DNA of 64,000 bases from NCBI GenBank assembly GCA_010093815.1, contig ML996566.1. One strand, written 5' to 3'. Positions 1 through 13,075 of this stretch are shown piece by piece. The stretch is from Pseudovirgaria hyperparasitica (Eukaryota). A model generated the notes under the pieces. It did no database searches and had not been told where the DNA came from. It was given only the letters and a program-made list of their open reading frames with translations. Within the stretch, counting starts at the first letter, position 1. Every line of letters begins with the position of its first letter. A program made the position numbers and the translations under genes.

Positions 1-1269
1 GCAGAAGAACGCCTCGCTGCATAGAAGCCTGCACGGAAATCAAACAGAAGCCGCTACGATCTCCCTACTTACTTCTCCGCATCCATGGAGTTTATAATAC
101 GTTAATTCGAAACGCCACTGCACCGGCACCACACATATTCTATAAAGCTGCATCAAACACACGAGAAATCCTGGAGATCTGCACGCGCCTTGCCATGTTC
201 GATTATATATCCGTAAGTTTGGCCAATCGCCTATGGATAGGTGCCTCTTCGCACGTAAAGATGCAACTAGACCCTTTACAAATAACCTCGAAACACTTAC
301 TATATAGTCTCTGCTTGGTTCCATTGGCCACGGCGTCTTGTTATTTCCGTTCCCGGTAAAAGCACCCAATCCCGCGTAGTAGTGCACCATAGCTATGCAA
401 GCCTCTGCTATACGATGGTGCCATGGCTGGCTTTAGTGGCCATCCCGTCGCAACGCCAAGGGGGTAGTAGTATCCTATAATATCACAAATCGAAGCCTGC
501 ACAGAACGTCTAGAAACATTGCCCCGGGGCGAGGCTAGGGCGGATGGATAAGCTTGTTGAAACATAAGCGATGAATGTGCAGCGGCATGTCGGGAGTCAC
601 AGCAAGGACTGACACATAACAAGGTGCGGCGCCCGCGGGCGGCTTGAGGAATGGTATTGGATCATTCTCCCCTTGAGCTTCTAATGGCCGATCCTAGAAA
701 AAGCCACCCACAGCCACCAGATTCTCCTGGCTGATGGGCTAACACGCCACTAGTTAGTCAGGTGTACAGCCTTGAGGGGGGGCTGTAAAAGCCTCGGCCG
801 CTGAGAATGTACAGAATAGCTCCAAGCAGTAACCGTGAATAGCCAGCTTGATCGATACACGTGACTAATATTCTAGTCTGCTTTATAGTGAAAAGTGCGA
901 GAGGACTATCATCAATACTCGAACTGGCAAGGCGTGGTGTGTGGGTCTTTGCAGCCCGCAAGACCGCTCTATCCGCTCTATCAAAAAGCTGATGACTGTC
1001 TACACATGCATGCATAGTACTTTCCTTCGCATGTGCTTCCCTTCGAGTCAGTGACTTTCAGTCCACAGCATCATCCCAGAAGAAATCATCCAAGGAAGCC
1101 CTGTATCAAGCACGCAAAATGCTAAACAGAAAACCATGACTCTTAACACAATGTAAAATATTGGCACCATCTCTCGAGTCTCGACCATTCATCCGGAGGT
1201 CGCCGGCAGATAAGTCCTTGACCATGGACCGTCGACTATTGCATAGATCTCAAGCAGCAGGGTTTACCT

Positions 1270-1446
1270 ACCTTCGATCCCTGTATCCCGTTTTGTTTCA
1301 TTTATCGCATAAGAACATCCTTGAGCCTTCTAGAAGGAAGTCCTGCATTCTGTAGGGTTGACTAACTAGCTAATGACTCGCATTTCCAGTAGTCTCCCGT
1401 TCGTCTTATCTTCTGCTTCAACGCTTCTGCAGGATACTGTAGGCTC
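1270..1446 (-). pseudogene. Possible RIP-inactivated coding fragment
   Basis: One minus frame reads SLQYPAEALKQKIRRTGDYWKCESLAS*STLQNAGLPSRRLKDVLMR*MKQNGIQGSK. Its two stops (TAG 1364-1362, TAA 1304-1302) can both arise from CAG/CAA by C>T. Confidence 0.25.
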
Positions 1447-2060
1447 TTTACTACTAGTATATGAGTCAAGTGGTAAACTTCAAGCATATTATGCTTAGCA
1501 ACAGTGGGTGCAAGCAGTCCCTGGTCGCTCTTTTTTAGATAAGGACCTTACTAAATAAAATCACTTACTATACCTAAACTTTTTTTTATATAGAGTTAAT
1601 GGTTTGAAGAATATAGATTGAAGGACTTTATTCCTTTGTGGTATGTACAGATTATTTACTTTATTCAGCTATGGGAGTGCTACGGAGACTAATCTAATTC
1701 AAAGATTAACGTTCATCTTTGGCGTAAGTATTGTTCTTACATATAAAGGTTATGCAATATTCAACTCTATTACATAATCAGTATAGATAGACCGCGAGAA
1801 TCTCCATATAGTTGTATTAAGTTATATCTATGTTACTACTAGATCGTGGGCCAGCCTTTTAATCCAGTAAGTTACTATTATACTATATCTAGAGGCCTAT
1901 GCTAACTTCTCGGAGACGTTCTTAAGCCTTACCTAGTTAATAGAATTTACAAGTTAGGTGCGACCGCGTCTTAGTAGAGGGCTAGTTTAAAGAATTATAC
2001 AAAAGCACCTTCGAGCTATAATGCCTCATCCTAGAAGCGTCGTAGGTACTTACTTAGCTG
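1440..2060. mobile_element. AT-rich, RIP-like degraded repeat or transposon relic (family unidentifiable)
   Basis: Visibly TpA-rich and CpA/TpG-poor stretch (e.g. tactactagtata, ttatatctatgttactactag), no ORFs, contrasting with the roughly 50% GC genic background. Judged by eye, not computed. Confidence 0.5.
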
Positions 2061-2323
2061 TGAGTGGCGTCATGTCTCTTAGAACAGCTTGTGAGGGGCG
2101 TCAAGGATCTTGAACGACCTGTGAGCTCTGAGGGCGGTCAAGGATCTTGGAAGGTGAGCGCGAGCCTCGCCAACTCGAATTCTATATTCTCTCTTTCCGG
2201 GGTCATCAGATTCGCCGGCTTTGTCGCATCGTGACGCGGAGCACTTCATGCCCACGTCCATTCCCAAGTTCATATTCGATTCCATCCTACCGACCTAGTA
2301 AGATCTATCTTACGAAACTCCAA

Positions 2324-3119
2324 ATGGCCGAGATCTATGACACCGACAGATTTGCGCAATTGTACTACGCAGAAGGACTCACCTTGGATAATCTGGCTCT
2401 CGCAGCAAGATTTCTAAATACTCTCTTTTTCATGGGAGACATCGAGTCAGCTTTTGTCGGAGGCTGGGCGCTTCTCCTGCGCGGAAACACAAGACAGACA
2501 CGAGATATCGATATAGCTGTTGGGACAGATATGCCCACGCTGAAAGCCTATCTCGTCCAGCAGGCAAGGTACGTATACTTCGAAAGCTGTGTCTCTGACT
2601 AAGTGAGAGTTTAGGGTATGCTTCCCACAAACTCATGGAGAAAGCACTGTCACAATTTTTGTCCAAACTGGAAAGAGCTTTGACGCCGACTACCCGGATG
2701 TTGTCGACTATCCAGTATATGTGGACATAATCATAAGCGGTGAGTGATATAGATCATTGCTGCTTGCACATAGAGTCGCTTACTTGGAGAAAGGTTATCT
2801 TAACACGCCTCGTCCGTTACACGAAGGTACAGAGTTTATATTTCCAGAAACGGAGAACATTCAAGGAACAGGCCCGTTTCAGGTGCTCAATCTCTTCAAT
2901 CAGATGAAAGCAAAGCTCTCAGCTTTCCGCACTCGCGGTAAATTGTCCAAAAATGACTTCATAGACCTGATTTTCTTGGTATTCCGGTACTATGACGACA
3001 TTCCTACTTTCAAGCATAGCTTGAACTCCGAAGAGATTGCCATGTTTGTAGAGGAGTATCAGGAGGTGTACGGCCAAGACGAGGAGTCCGTCGCATGGGT
3101 AAAGGAGGTCTTACAGTAG
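2324..3119 (+). CDS. Pol-beta-fold nucleotidyltransferase-like protein (AbiEii/MenT-like motif), about 231 aa
   Basis: Exons 2324-2568, 2615-2739, 2794-3119 with GT-AG introns. Motif AFVGGWALLLRGNTRQTRDIDIAV (GG...RxTxDxD), a third acidic strand VYVDII, and C-terminal KAKLSAFRTRG..KNDFIDL. Confidence 0.75.
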
Positions 3120-3401
3120 ATCAAGGGATTATGCAACGAATTCGAACCATAATGCTTCACGCTCACGTCGATGCTGCTTATCCTTATCTGCTTAGCTTAG
3201 GGAGACAGTATAATGTTATAAAGTGAGTGAACAAGTCTGCAGGGTTGAAGTGAGCCGGAAGCCCGGGGGAAATCAAAGAGTGTTATCGAATGGATCCAAT
3301 CATTTTCGTTCGGCGGATCATTTCTCCGCTCACCGTGTTACCTTATTCATGAATGAAGCGCGTCGCCTGTCTTGAACAACTCCCTTACTAGACTATTTAC
3401 C

Positions 3402-4194
3402 ATGGCACACAAAACTCAAGAGATTTCACAAATCATCGTCGCCCTAGAGACCCAGCATATCACCTGTTGCATCGTGGGAACAGCTGCACTAATCCATTAC
3501 GGTGCTCAACGAGTGCTTCATGTAAGCCTGCAGCTCTAGAAAACAGCGCCCGAGCTGAATTTCATAGGACTGGGAACTTTGTGTTCCATCATCGCTCTAC
3601 CACCAGGCTGTCGAGTACTTGTCTTCCGAGGATGAATCATCTACTCCTATACACGCTTGCCGACCATCCCGTCCACAACCTAGCTCGACTAACCATCTAC
3701 ATGCGCGTTTCCTCTGCCCGTCCGATCGTTCAATATTCGTTGTATTACCTGACGAGGAAGTCCATTTGGATCTGAGCCGTACTGAACGAGTTTACGATGC
3801 CAATAACATCCCATACCCTGCTTTGCGCGATCTTGCACAGAGCCTCCTTGACACAAGTAATGAGGTTGGCCTATGCGACCTAGTTGATGGGGCAGATATC
3901 GATATTGAATGGGGCGTGACGAATCTCGACCTTTCCGGTACCAAAGATGTGGACTGGGCTGTTCAGATGAACTCGAGAATCAAGCGCCTGTGCGAACATC
4001 CGTCTGATAGAGTCGCCATTTTCCCCACTTGTTCGAGGCCTAGGCGGGAATTTTGGTCGCACATTGCGAATGCGAGCTCAAAGAAAGGTAGACTGGGCTG
4101 CCAAAAATCGCCAAGCTGCTTTGACACACGATTTCGTCTTGCTGCTAGACCAGCAAATGTTGCATCTTTGACGTCGGCCCACGGGGCAGGCTGA
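3402..4194 (+). CDS. Divergent nucleotidyltransferase-fold fungal protein, about 248 aa
   Basis: Exons 3402-3521 and 3568-4194 (46-nt intron gtaagc..ctgaat..tag). The spliced N-terminus reads CCIVGTAALIHYGAQRVLH|DWELCVP, a G..AL..YG..R...DxE NTase-like signature. Confidence 0.65.
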
Positions 4195-4809
4195 CGTTGC
4201 AACCAGGCTTGGTCGATGACAGGGAGAGCACTACTTTTGGTCTCGTGTGTATGAGCTCGGAGTGAGTAGATATCATTGAATATCGCGATACTGGGGTCGT
4301 ATATGCGAAGGGCTGACCTGCTGAGCAATGATCGTAATGATCGTTGTCCGTAATGAAGCTACCACACTAAGAACTTCATTACTGATCATGCTAGACGTGA
4401 GAAAGCAAGCAGGCACACGTTGCGACCAGAAATTAATGTTTCGTAGTAGCTGGTCTGGCAAGCAATACGTGTGGTGCGAGTGGGAACATTCAGCAGTGTT
4501 GCGACAGATGCATCCTTGGAATGTCAATGCACTGAAATTACTGTCAAGCCAGGCCGATGGACAAGCCACCTGATTACTGGACACACCTTGCAGATGTTTT
4601 CAGGATTCTTATCGGTCATGTACAGTTCTGCAGCCTGCTCGGCTTGCAGAAAGGCAAGGCTGTACAGTTGTTTGTGTAGTAACGAAAAGGTACCCTCTTC
4701 AAGGGATTATCGCTGGCCAGGCTCGTGTTTACTTGCCAGTCAGGCCTCAGATTCGAACTTCAAGTGGGTTCTTGGATGGTAGTGCCAGAGACTGCTATCT
4801 GCTACTGTG

Positions 4810-5153
4810 TGTTGTAGGGAAAAGGTTGCAGTTGGAAGGGCTTTCTATGGAGCACAGGCCTAGATATATATGAGTGGATGAATGGACATCATTGTAGTTC
4901 GACATCTTCCTCTCTTCTCACATACATCAAGAGCCCACTGTCATCTGACCATTCACTCTGCTCCGGAGGAGGGAGGGGGACTCCACTCAAGCATAATCAG
5001 CAGCCTCAACATACTCGGGAAACGAACAAATATTAGACAAAACACGAATAACAAGCACAAACGGTTTACATCTACTACAACACATAATCCTTCTTTCTGT
5101 GCTTTTGCCCGTAGCAAAACAATCCCCCCCTTCTTCCCCCTTCTCTCACAACA
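4810..5153. mobile_element. Candidate solo LTR (TGTTG...CAACA ends)
   Basis: 344 bp bounded by tgttgtagggaaaagg and ccttctctcacaaca (imperfect inverted ends), with an internal TATA-like tagatatata. No 5-bp TSD is visible. Confidence 0.25.
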
Positions 5154-6212
5154 TCATAGCTGTAGTGTAGCGAGCTATTGAAATATTCAACCTCCATTAG
5201 CTGAACCTCTACGCCTAGCCCTTGTGTGTCCCCGTACCGTAGACATAATTATATCTCGTCACCATCATTACGTAGACTGTCGTAGAATCACTACCGCCCA
5301 TTGATTTAGTCTTTGTTTCCACAGTGTTATGTGCACCCCGGAATGTATTGTTGCTTCAATGGGAGGAGGAGATGTGTATAGGGAGAGCTTAGCTTATTAT
5401 GTTTTTATCTAAGCTCGTCTTTGAGTCTCTGATTGACCACGACCCCTGCCTGATATGCACTATGGCTCTTAACTCACTGCTCACATGTTCGCTTTAGAGA
5501 ATATCTGCATGCTCATCCTCATGCTCACGCTTACAGTTGGTTGCTAGATATATATGTGTGCAGTGTATATATTCTCAAATAGTGCGAGGACAACAAACAT
5601 TTGCATGTGATATGTAGGACAAACTATATAGATAGACATCCGATTTGGGGTATAGATATGGAGACTAGGCTGTGGACTGTGGACTGTGCAATGCTGGTCG
5701 AATGCATAGGACAATCCGAGGGTATATTTATAGATCAGAGTTCAAGCAAAGTCAGGGTAAAGCGTCAAGTCCAAGAAGTATAAGAAGTTTAATCTTACCT
5801 CCTGACCATATGCTTAAGAACGGACAGATAGACAGTTAGTCAGAAGGAAAATGTGTCATTATAATCTCTGCCAACGGTATTCATTGACCAACCCCTCCAC
5901 TCAGTCTATGTAGTGCTTCGCCTGTATCTACCATATAAATCACCAATTCTATCCATGTACATCCAAAGGACATGGGTGTAGTGCCCACTGACGGCAAAAC
6001 TTTTCGTATATTCGTACACACTAGCATCATAGTCAGACACGCAGCGCACCACATCATACCATACCACACTGCATAAACCCCACCGCATGAACCGAGCTAA
6101 GTCCAAGCCCAAGCCCAAGCCTAACCCATAGCATCATCATGTCATTGCAAAAAACCCGACAACGCTAACCCAGGATATCCTGATCAAAGGAACATCCTTC
6201 TCATACGAGCAG

Positions 6213-7872
6213 CTATAACAAGGCATCATACTCCGGATTCACCCAACCAGGCTGCCCACACGCGCCACGAATCCGCGCGCCGAAGAAATGCAACGCCGCA
6301 AGCGCCGGAACACTGACGAAGAAGGTGATAATACCCTGCGCCGCAAACGTCCAGGTATACCCCACCGCATCAACCCAGGGCACGATGAAGAACGGATTGA
6401 CAAACGCGGACAGGTTGAGGATGACGGCGTAGAATGTGACCATGGCCATGGATTGGAGCGGGTAGCAGTCGACGACATACGCCGCCACAACGGTGTTGCC
6501 CATCTGGATGCCTGCGCCGAAGAGGAAGAAGGCGATCTGCCCGACGATCCAGTGGTAGCCGCGGTCGATGCTGATGCCCCAGATAACGAGGCCGATGGCG
6601 CTGAGCAGGGCGGCCGGGTACGCGAGCCAGAGGCGCATCTCGGCGGTCCTGACGCCGGCGTTCCGCTTTGCGAGCTTGACAACGAGCCAGTCGGATAGGG
6701 TACCCGAGCAGAGGATTTCGGAGAGGAGGGTGCCGAGAATCAGGCCGATGAAGAGGAGGCCCTGGATCTGGGGCGCGTATTGGGCGTAGGCGACGGGGAT
6801 GTAAGTGATGACGCTGAGGATCCACCAATACCAGGCGAACGAGTAGATGCCGAGAGCGAGCGGGACGACGGCGTACTTGAAGGTGATGAGGAAGCGGGTG
6901 AGAGCGCCCCAGATTGGAGGATGGCGCATGCCCGGGACGGGTGTGAGGTTTATGAATGGGAGCTGCGTGGTCCGCTTGATGGAAACCTCAGATGCGGCAT
7001 GCTTGCGTCGGTCGGCCTTCTCGACATCGACGGCTGAGGCATGACTGTCTGTGAAGGGCATTTTATGCAGCATCTGGTTCCTCGGATACAGAGTCTCGGG
7101 CAGGAAAGCGATTTCCGCGGCAAGAATGACGCCGAAAAAGATGGCACTCAGCCATTGGATCCAGAATTGGTCGACAAGCCAGATGAATCCCCCGATCAAA
7201 GGACCAACTAGCAGACCCATGTCGATAGCCAGCACCCAGAGACCAACTTTCTGGCCACGTTCATGCTCGTAGAACATGTCGTTGATGATTGCGAGACCGA
7301 CCGTGGACGCGGGAGCTACACCAAGGCCCTGAAAGAACCGAGCGGCCATGTATCCGGCGTAGGTCGGAGCTTTCGCAGCGCCTATGGTCGAGGCAAAAGC
7401 CATGACTGTGCCAATGATGAAGATCAAGCGGCGGCCATATATGTCGGCCAAGGACGACCAAATGAGAGGACCGACTGCAAGACCAAGCGCCGGGATCGCA
7501 ACGGTCCAATTGACCTGAGCCAGGGAGATGCCATAGTATTCCTGCAGATCAGGAAATGCAGGCACAGTCGTTGTTGTGATGTAGGTAAACATGAAGTATC
7601 TATTCACGAAAAGTCAGCACTTTATTGCTGTGCATATTAAGTTTTCGGCAAGCTTACAGGGACATGACAATTGCGAGGATCGAATGCTTCTTGACCCATG
7701 ACCAGTTCAATGGGTCGAGAGGATCGCTCGTCGGTTGAGGATGCATCTTGAAGCCGTCCTTGAGCAGGACCGGAGCATCAACCTCTGCATCGTCGCCAGA
7801 AAAGACGGTGGACTTTTCTTGTACCGGCGATGGGGTTTCATGCTCGCAAGCGTTATCTTGTGAGGTCGCCAT
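6213..7872 (-). CDS. MFS transporter, DHA1/HOL1-like drug or polyamine:H+ family
   Basis: Exons 7872-7658 and 7599-6213. N-terminal PQPTSDPLDPLNWS motif, motif A (SLADIYGRR), about 12 hydrophobic segments, AEMRLW and YVVDCYP motifs. Confidence 0.9.
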
Positions 7873-10140
7873 GTCGTCAGATGTACTGGGGTATCTTATC
7901 GCAGGCTGTTGTTGAGAATAGTAGGGAATGCAGGGATCATTCTACAGCCAGCCGGATAAGTTGATAGAAAGAATGATGGACGAGGAGAATGAAGCATGTA
8001 GATTTACAAATACAACAATCCCCCGACAACGAAGCACACAGCGGTGTGTAGGACTGTGAAGGTGCAAATGTCTTCGTGGTGAGATCTGTGACAGACTGAC
8101 TTCTAAAGACGACAAAATGAAGCAGAACAGACGGACATAAGAAAAGACTGGTGAACGGGACGGCCGACGCAGGCCTTTGCCCACACTCGCGGGAGATATC
8201 AGACTATACTACTAGTAGGCAGCCAGCCTTGCACGAACGAGACGTAAAAGGGCCGTTTATTGTTGCATGCATCAGACTCGCGTGGGAGTGGCGCCCCAGT
8301 TCGGTCTTCTATACTCTTTCATGCTGGAATGCGTATCTACTAATTACAGTGGGGCTAAAAGCTAGAGGGGAATGGATGGAGCGCGACGAGGTCCCGCAGC
8401 TTCGAGGGACGTAGTTCGCGAAGTTGAATCTGCTATTATATGCCGCCGCCGTCATTAGACTGATGTTGGTCGACGCCCCGGCGTGGGATAACAACAACAC
8501 AGGGTGAAGATTGGCAGTTGATGAACCAGCCGAGAAACCAGGTGCTGATCACTGCTACTGACTGATAGCAATATGTTGTAAGGATTATAACGAAACAACT
8601 TCCCAGGAAGACCGCTACAGACAGACTCCTGTCGAGCCGCAACTTGATGAGTAGGGAGAGTGTCGTGAAACAGATGAGGCACAGTGGTTGGATGAGATGT
8701 TATTGCGACATTACTGTGGCATCGATCCTCGTGGAGGCCCAGGGTAGGCACAGACGTCAGTGACAAATGCAATGGGCTCCCTTTAAGAGAATCGATTGGA
8801 CGAGGTCGTGCGAGGAGGCATTGCATTGACAGATATGGATTTTTGGTTGTTCTTCAGTTGATCATCATAGTATGAGGGCTGGAGTTTGGGAACGGACTAA
8901 GGAGGTGATGTTGACTATGAACCGTCACTAACTTAGGGAGGGAATAAGGGAACAGGCGCCGCTAATTAGCTGCCTCTGTCCCCCCATTCTCCCGCCGGGC
9001 CGCCGCGACGTTTCTATTGAGTTTCTGCCCACTAATTACCAACCACCACTACTACTACTTCACTCACCCCCCTGTGGCTTACGGACTAGAGACGCCTTTT
9101 GATACGGGTTGGAAACTGGAGTGGAGACATGTTCGATACTCAGCTGCTTCCTTGAGACGCCTGGTCAGACGCCTAGAATGAAAAAATAAAAACCCGTTAT
9201 TCTCGTTGTCTTCTGCGTTGATATTCTGCTTTGCATCTCTTCACGCGTCTTCTCGTAGTCCTGATCACCGCGGATAACCATCTGTTTCAAAAGACAACAT
9301 GAACACGCTGCTTATGCTATAGAGCGCTCCAAAGGAAGACCTAATCATCATCACCAAGACGCGCGCGGTTGGCTCCGTTTCCGGCGCCACCCTTTTGCCA
9401 ATGGGGCCTTCTTCGCCCGCGCCGTCGACCAAGTACTATCATCTGCCATCACTCGAGTCTCGCCAGCCACTCGCTTGTACCTGTTCCCTTAGTCATATCA
9501 GTCATAGCCAGTTGGTCTTTGACATCATAGGTATAGCAAGTCCCTGATGCTCATCACCCGGAGCATGCAACTTCAGTCCATTGCATCAGCCTTTGATAAA
9601 CAGACACTCGAACGTTAATGATGTTTACGACTCCTTCATCATGGTCATCTTAAAACCCAGTTCCAGTCGCCGGTGCCTCTTACAGCCGAGGACAGCTTAT
9701 CAATACGCTGTGGGCCGACCCCAACTAAGATCCACTGCCTTGCATACTCAACACGGTTTATGTCTCACCCAAAAAGTACTCCAATTGACCAATTGACCAA
9801 TTGGGCACCACTGCTCGCATTACTCGCACTGCTCTCCAATTAGGTGTCTGCTGCGTGCTTGAGAACATGCGTCTAGCAGCAAGTTCTGGAGAATTTGCAA
9901 CCCCAATCGAGAACGATTCGCCATCTATTTTGACCTTCTCCCTCTTCGTGAAGACCTCGATCCATTGCGCCATTCACGAGGACTTCTCCTAGCCTGCGGG
10001 CAGAACTCCGAGCTTCTGCCTTAAGTATCCGTGATATTGAAACTGTTCCCCTCATTTTATCGGACACTGTACGTCTCAAATCTGCCGCGGCCAAACCCCA
10101 CCCCGATTACCCGGCACTTTCCCCGACACGGCACCGGCCC

Positions 10141-11792
10141 ATGGAGAGCCAGGACAATATCTCGAGCGCGACGTCGTGGCTCCCAAAATTTTTGCGGACG
10201 TCGCCAAAGGTGTCAGACTCGTCAAGTGCCACGCCTACAGAGCGTACTTCACTACTCCCAAGGCCTGATGATAATGATAGTGATGCTGATGATGATGATG
10301 GCACTGAAGTGTACGATCTTGAGGATGGAGACCGCTCCCAGTACCAACTGGTTTTGCAAGAGTTTTGGATATTGCTAAAGGGTTCTATTCCAGTCATCCT
10401 GGCATATACCCTCCAGAATTCATTACAGACCTTCTCCGTTCTCATCGTCGGACGTCTCTCTCCAGAAGCGCTGGCTACAGCTGCCTTCTCATACATGTTC
10501 GCAATGGCTACTGGATGGCTGATTGCACTGGGCGGCACCACTGCGATCGATACACTGGCCTCCGCTAGTTTCACGGGGAGCAAAAATAAGCATGATCTCG
10601 GCATAATTCTACAGCGTTCCTTCATCGTGCTGGCTTTTCTGTATGTTCCCGTTGCTATCCTATGGATCTGTGCCGAGCCTGTCTTCAGGCTGTTGGGCCA
10701 AGAAGAATACATTGCGCGTGACTCTGCCAAATTTTTGACTGTTTTAGTGCCCGGTGGTCTGGGTTACATTTATTTCGAGGCTCTCAAAAAGTATTTGCAA
10801 GCTCAGGGTATGTGCATGCGTATCACCTATCTCTCTGTTGGGTACACCACTGATATTGACGCTGGGCAGAGATTATGCGACCTGGTACTTACGTGTTGCT
10901 CATCACGTCACCACTTAACGCTGGCCTTAACTACTTGTTTGTATACACGTTCAAGATGGGTCTTCTGGGCGCCCCCCTTGCCACTGGTATCTCTTACTGG
11001 CTCTCTTTTGCCCTTCTACTTGCATACACGCGCTTCGTTGCTGGCTGGGAATGCTGGGGCGGCTGGAGTCGCAAATGCGTTCAGAACATGTGGACATTCA
11101 CCCGCCTTTCCCTTCTCGGAGTCATCCAAGTAGGCACTGAATGGTGGGCATTCGAGATTGTAGCCCTCGCGGCAGGCCGCCTTGGAACAGTCCCGCTTGC
11201 CGCGCAAAGTGTCATCATGACAACCGATCAGGTCATGAACACAATCCCCTTTGGCGTCGGCGTTGCCACATCAGCACGCGTTGGTAACATGTTAGGCTCG
11301 AAGAATGCAAAAGGGGCTGCTCGATCGGCAAACACGGCTGCCTGGCTCAGCATGCTCCTCGGCGCCCTCGTCCTCGCTGTCCTGATGGGCGTCAAGGACT
11401 TCTACGCCAAGATCTTCAACGACGACGAGGATGTAGTTCGGCTTACCGCCCTCGTCATGCCATACGTAGCGCTTTTCCAGATTGCCGACGGGCTGAATGG
11501 TAGCTGTGGAGGTGCTCTCAGGGGCATGGGACGCCAGCACGTTGGCGCTGCAGTCAACATCGTTGCTTACTACTTCGGTGCACTGCCCTTTGGCATCTAT
11601 CTTGCCTTCCACGGCTGGGGTCTGGTCGGTCTCTGGATCGGTCAATGTATTGCTCTCTACCTCGTCGGCTTCGTTGAGTGGGCGATTGTCGCCTTCAGTG
11701 ACTGGAACTACCAGGTCAAGAATGCCTTTGCGCGGATGGATCACGATGAAAGGGCTGAGATTGGGGAAGCTGATGATGAATCTTCTCATTGA
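10141..11792 (+). CDS. MATE efflux transporter (ERC1/ethionine-resistance-like)
   Basis: Exons 10141-10807 and 10870-11792. Motifs TAIDTLASASF, EWWAFEI, RVGNMLG, GALRGMGRQ. Confidence 0.92.
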
Positions 11793-13075
11793 AACGGAAT
11801 TTATGACTTCCGACAGCATGTATATATATATGTATATATATATACCTTATAGCGACATGCATGGACGAATTTTGATCTAAAAGTAATGAGACGTTGTATG
11901 AGGGCATGGATCGAACTATGCACAGCAATGTTGATCGTCGTATCTGATATACATTCCATGGATCTCCAGTACTCGATTTCAACCAAGAGAGCTTGTACGA
12001 CCACCAGTACACCCCGAGAAGTCAAACTTCAGGCAGAGAGTGACACAACCATATTGACGTATTCGCACTGTACTCCTTTCGTCCTGTTAGCCATGCATTT
12101 GGACTAATGGGAAGCATTCTAGGTGTATTCCGTGAGAGCTTGCTGACCAATGGCATCCATGCCACCTATTCTTAGCTGCTTTCCTACTACGCTATCTGGA
12201 TTAGCTTGTGAATCCCCATGCAGTGCAGTTCGTGAACCCGCGTAGAGACACGTGGGGACAAGCTGTTGTTGGGGAAAGGTCACCGTCACGGAAATCTGTG
12301 ATAACAAATATGCTTGTAAGAAATGTCATACCAAGCAGAGTCGCCCTCAGACCTGATCCTTCACGAAGGTAGATACCTCAGAAAACGTGCATCATTCCAT
12401 ACAGTGCCAGCCTTGTGTTGTCGGCATCCGCTCCCGGTATCTTGTTACCACTCTCCCCGGGTCCGGCATCCAGCCAGACAGGCATTGTATCCATCTTCTG
12501 CCCACAATCCTTATCATACCTCCGTTCAGGATGCTCGCGGTTACGTATAGCCAGGCACATCGCTGATTCGCGCGCTTGCGCCATCGAGCTGTCATCGTGC
12601 GTGGATCCAAGCCCAAGCTGCCCCTCATGGCTGCTTCTTTACTTGTAATCCATTAGCTAGAAAGCAGAAAACACACTACGCTGGCTCGGCATATGCAGTC
12701 TCCATTCATCCCCACTCAGCCAGAACGATACGGTTGAAGCTATGCACTGCAGTGTCACAGTCATTGGTAATCGCCCCCAGCCTACCTCATAAGGACGAAG
12801 TACAGGGTCGCCATGACGGCACCCAATTCTGGGGGAAAGCAGCCTTTTCGCCATTTCGACGCTGCTCCATCGGCGTTACATAATGGCAGACGGTTAGATT
12901 GCATTTGATGAAGTTGAGATCGAGACCGAAACCTTTCCGTGCTCTTTTGATGCAAATTCTCCCTCTTCTTCCTTTTACACAGCTGCAGATCTGTGTGATT
13001 TCATCAATTGACCCTTAGTCTGCTCCAACAATCTCCCTCAAGCTCCCCATTCACTCGTCGCTTGATTAGCTCGCC

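Noticed and set aside
11819..11844. (TA)n microsatellite; also (CTCCGC)n at about 63339-63368
   Set aside because: Ordinary simple repeats.
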